From the NCBI GenBank assembly GCA_973851085.1, contig OZ316776.1:8246001-8310000 (forward strand): 64,000 nt of DNA, in the 5' to 3' direction. Below are positions 59,650 to 64,000 of this stretch, piece by piece (within the stretch, counting starts at the first letter, position 1; every line of letters begins with the position of its first letter). The notes beneath the pieces are model-generated. The model was not told where the DNA came from. It saw only the letters and a list, made by a program, of their open reading frames with translations, and did no database searches. This DNA comes from Ptychomitrium polyphyllum (lineage: Eukaryota). Position numbers and translations under genes: made by a program.

Positions 59650-60571
59650 TTACTCCACACGTTTATCAGATTCTTGATATCCTGCAGTTGTCGAAGCTTC
59701 GTTCAACCTCACAACAGGTGTGAGAGTCACATTACCTGTTATCAGTAGTGAACTCCTCTCTGTCACAATCGGTAACATCTGATACATACGTCGGTGATCT
59801 TGATCATGAGCTTTAGATAGTCTCTTTGGACATAGAAGCATACGACTTCTGCATTTATGTCTAAAACCTCAGAAGCTATATTCAAACGCATCGATTTATG
59901 GGACGTGACTTGAACACGTCGTTCATACACTATTCAATGCTAAAGGATCAATACAACATTTGGCTACCATCAGTTGTCAAAATATACTTAGCGAGCTCTC
60001 TAATCACTTGCACCTAACTCTGCTCTTTACTTGACAGTCCTAAAAGCATCTTCTTTTAAATCTCGAAATATTACAAATGTTCTTCATGTTTTGTGTTCCA
60101 TTAGTGTACTTGCACTAGATCCACGCTTTCAAAAATTCCATGGCACCACTTGGACTCTTTCCTCATTACAACAACAGTCATTTTCAAAACTGCCAAACCT
60201 GATTAAAGTTCTACAACGTTCTTCACGTTTTGTATTCCACCAGATCCGTGCTTTCAACATTTCTTACACCATCTGGACTCTTCTTACACGGTATCGATTG
60301 CAAGCCCAGTCCAAAGCATCCTAGCATCTCCAGAATCATGGCATTCATATGCATCAGTTCCCGGGACGCACATCCCAATTCACATTCTCTGTGGTTCTAA
60401 TACCCAAAACCGACACCTTAAGCAAAATCACATAGATTTTGACATAGCGAGTGTACGCTCTTGGTAGACAATGCCGGTTTCGCTTGCAGGGTCGGACTTG
60501 GGGAATCACGCCCTAATATTCGGCACCTGGAAGGGCACCTGGGTTAGGCAGAGTCTTGTATATTTTAGGCT

Positions 60572-60604
60572 CTTATCCAGCTACATAGAGCCCCTTATCC
60601 AGCT
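60572..60604 (+). promoter_or_regulatory. Tandem I-box-like motifs (CTTATCC) upstream of LIL3 copy 1
   Basis: cttatccagct occurs at 60572 and 60594, 110-140 bp before the ATG. CTTATCC also occurs at 62981 upstream of copy 2. Confidence 0.45.
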
Positions 60605-60710
60605 TCAGAGAGTCTCTCTCGTTGGTGAAACCGAGCTCACCAGCTCATCTCATCAAGCTCTTATTTTTGCGCTCACCAAGGTTTACAATCTTTCAATTGT
60701 GCACCGAAAC

Positions 60711-62312
60711 ATGGCAGCCATGGCTACGCTTGTGAAGCCGTTGGCCGGGGGAGCAGTGGCAGCAGCGAGTGGGGTGCCATTGCAGGGCAGAGCGCAAGCA
60801 GGGAAGTCTAGCGCACAGTTGTGGTTGAGAGGGCAGGGGATGAGGGTAAGGGGGCCAGTGGAGAATGTGGAGAGCGGTAGGGGGGTGAGGTTTGTGGTTA
60901 GAGCTGCGGAGAGCGAGGGTTTAGGAAGCGCGGCGGACGCTGGGGGCAACAGTGTGGTGCTGGAGGTGATGTCTTTGCCGGAGGAGCCAGAGACTGAGGG
61001 AATTGGGAATGCGGCCTCGGCCAAGAGGAAACCATCGCCTCTGCAAAAGGGAGGCTCCTTGTCCGGGGCGGCAGCGGAGGGGAAAGCCCCGGCTGCGGCG
61101 ACTCTTGGGAAAGCGTCGCCCTTGTCGACACTGGGGACGTTTGATGATCCTCGGTGGAAGAATGGCACTTGGGACATCTCCATGTTCACTCAGGACGGCA
61201 AAACCAACTGGGATGCCGTCATCGATGCCGGTAGGCTTGCTGCTCGATTCTCCTCACGCTCTGCTTTCATGTCTCTAGCATCATTGATGCTCTAGGAGTA
61301 TTTGCTACGAAAAGAATCAGTGTTGTAATTTCTGTCTTCCTCTCCAGAAGAGTTTCAGGCGAGTCTTTCTAGATGTGACCTTGTGGCATTTAGAAGTTAT
61401 CAGGGTTTGTGTGATCGTTAGCTTCAGGCATTTTCTTGCCACGAGGTTCCGTTCTTACTTGATAGTAGTTAACTTTGAACAGGGAGAGCATTGCAAGTGT
61501 TATTTGTCTAGGACCATCTCTTTTATAAGCTTTAATGGTTGTCTTTAATTTTCAAAAAAAACTGTGGAAAATCATTCTGTAATGCTAAGAGTGAGGATTT
61601 TGACAAATAGGAGAGATTTCGGCATGGTCGAAGGCAGGGATTCTGCGGTGAAGTACTATTAAGATGTGATTCAGAATGGGGAGTTGACCGGAACGACTTG
61701 CAATGTTCACAATGCAATTTTATTCTTTCTGTTGCTTGTTCAACGTCATCTGACATTGGGCTGATGTGGTGGTTTCATCGTCGCAGAGGTGGTGAGGAGG
61801 AAGTTACTGGAAGCTAACCCTGTGTCATCCAACAATGATGAGCCTGTTGTTTTCGATACGTCGATTGTTCCATGGTGGGCTTGGGTGAAGCGCTTCCATC
61901 TTCCAGAGGCTGAGCTTCTGAACGGTGAATCTCAATGCCTTCTTTATTTTCTGATTGAGCTCTTTCTTTATTGTTTGCATATACTGTACAGCTAAGGATC
62001 GTATTTGCATGGCATGGAGCCAACGTAAGGAATTGATGATCTCTTGATAAAATGACAGGTCGGGCGGCCATGATCGGATACGCTTCTGGCTGGTTAGTTG
62101 ATGCCGCAACTGGCGTTGGTTTGGTTGACCAACAAAATAGCTTTCTAGGGAAGTTGCTGCTCTTCATATCAGTGGTGGGAGTTTTGACGATCAGGAAAAA
62201 CAGCGATGTGGATACCATCAGAAATCTTGCTGAGGAATCCACATTCTATGATAAGCAATGGCAAGCAACCTGGAAGGATGCTAAGGATCCAGAGAAACCT
62301 GAAGGTTTCTAG
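60711..62312 (+). CDS. LIL3: Light-harvesting-like protein 3, copy 1; exons 60711-61230, 61787-61924, 62059-62312
   Basis: [12 protein letters not shown]...[44 protein letters not shown] (LHC motif), [17 protein letters not shown]. Confidence 0.93.
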
Positions 62313-63126
62313 AAGAAGTTACCCTAATTTTTGCACATATTTTTTGTATGGGATATTAGACTTGTCTGTGCTATCTCTTACTGTCATTAAAAAAAGGTAC
62401 ATTCAGGTCCGTTCACGAGCATCGATTTTGAAAGTTTGTTGTCTTGCAATGTTGTCCTACATTCCTGTCCTTACCATGTCACCTTCCACTTTGTCTCGGG
62501 ACTTGGATATTTCTCCGTATACACAATTGGCTGACGAAGAAATCTCAACATATGTACCGCATATCTCAGCAACGGTCGTTTCTGTACACTTAGTCTTGCC
62601 AGTTGCCCTGTTAACAAGACATTCTTTTCTGTGTTCGTTTCATACTCGAATCAGAAACAAAACCAGAAAACCTTCGCAAAAAACATGCGGATTCTATCAC
62701 TTTCCGAGCTGATTCTTGCCGACCAGTCAGAAATCTCATTCCGAGATACTGAACCCTCGGATCTTCTACGATCAGATTCTGAAAACGTGAGATTTGACAA
62801 GCACTTGGGATGCAATGCGAAAAGGGTAACCATATTGGACACTGCAAGCTCCCAAGTCCCAACAGTCTGCACTAGCTCTGTAGGTACTCCATCTAGTAGA
62901 TATGAGAGTGGATACAAATGACCTCGTTTGTATCTCAACGCCGTCCACCTGGAGAGTCCACAACGAAAGACTGGCAACCTCTTATCCAATACCAGCGATG
63001 CTGCTCATTTGGCAGCAGTTGAGCGCAAGCTTCAACCCTGAGACTTCGGTTCAATTACCGTCTCTCTGTATCTCTCTTCGTTCCTCGATTCAACACACTT
63101 ACCACCCTTTCTCTGCTGTTAACGGC

Positions 63127-63994
63127 ATGGCAGCTATGGCCACAATCATGAAGCCGTTAGCAGGTGCAATTCCGGTGGCGAACGGGGGCTTGCTATCGAC
63201 TAGGACAACAGCAGGGAACTGCAAACAGGGTTGGGTTGCTTCCTCTTGGCGAGGACAATTGAGGTTTGAGGGCGTGAGGTTTGTTGTGAGAGCCGAATCA
63301 GATGAGAGCTTGGTGGGTCAGACGCCTACATCGCCGATAGACCCTGCGATAGGGGAGCCGGGGAACTTGGCTACCGAGGCGAAGAATCCCTCGCTGTTGC
63401 AAAATGGAGGTTCAATGGAGGAATCTGCGATCACCACGCCTTCCTCATCAATGGAGCCTGGAAAAGAAGAGGCCGTTAACCTTAGGGAACCCTCCCCATT
63501 GCAGAAGGGCGGCACACTCGACGGAGATGAAGCTGCTGGTGAGGACCCCGCGGCGACGACTTTGGGGAAGAAAGCTCCGATCGTGTCCAACGGCGCCGGG
63601 AAGTTTGACGATCCTCGGTGGCGAGCTGGAACGTGGGACATTACGAAGTTCACTCGCAATGGCAAGATAGACTGGGATGCGGTCATTGATGCTGGTATGT
63701 CAATCTATCCTTTGTCCAAATTTAGGTGCAACTAAATTCTTCGATGCTCAGTTGCGTTAGGGTTGAAAATTGATCAAGGCCTATCTCGTCTATCTCGCTG
63801 TTAATCTCGATGTAGCATAAGTTGATTGACTTCGAAAAACTTTGTGCATGTTTCAGAGGTCGTGAGACGGAAGTGGCTAGAGGAGAATCCTGAAGCCTCT
63901 AACAACAGCGAACCGGTTGTTTTCGATACCGCGACTGTGCCATGGTGGGCTTGGGTGAAGCGCTTCCATCTCCCAGAAGCTGAGCTTCTCAATG
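63127..63994 (+). CDS. LIL3: Light-harvesting-like protein 3, copy 2 (partial; exons 63127-63694 and 63857-63994, last exon outside the window)
   Basis: [12 protein letters not shown]...[20 protein letters not shown]...[19 protein letters not shown]; intron positions match copy 1. Confidence 0.9.
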
Positions 63995-64000
63995 GTTAGT

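Noticed and set aside
60471..60710. Upstream in-frame extensions of LIL3 ORFs (also 62902-63126)
   Set aside because: Both copies share the MAAMAT..KPLAG start, so the upstream open frames are most likely promoter or UTR.

Overview
Eukaryotic nuclear DNA, almost certainly a moss (inference: spliceosomal introns, a plastid-targeted flavodiiron gene, and a Tcn1-type chromovirus). It holds nine spliced genes: a katanin-p60-like AAA ATPase (KATNAL2/At2g34560 type), POP5, a divergent calnexin, NSF, and then five consecutive plastid-type genes (SAM methyltransferase, FLVB, a Deg/HtrA protease with an unusual N-terminal SAP-like and Cys module, and two tandem LIL3 copies, the last truncated by the window edge). 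A complete but inactivated 6.6-kb Ty3/Gypsy chromovirus (601-bp LTRs, CCATG target-site duplication) shows a tRNA-independent self-priming structure, a -1 frameshift signal and an unexplained extra 3' ORF. Also present are an LRRC9-like pseudogene, a decayed membrane-protein gene, an old LTR relic, a MITE-like inverted repeat and several AT-rich blocks sharing one motif. Exon boundaries were read by hand; family names come from recalled motifs, not database searches.
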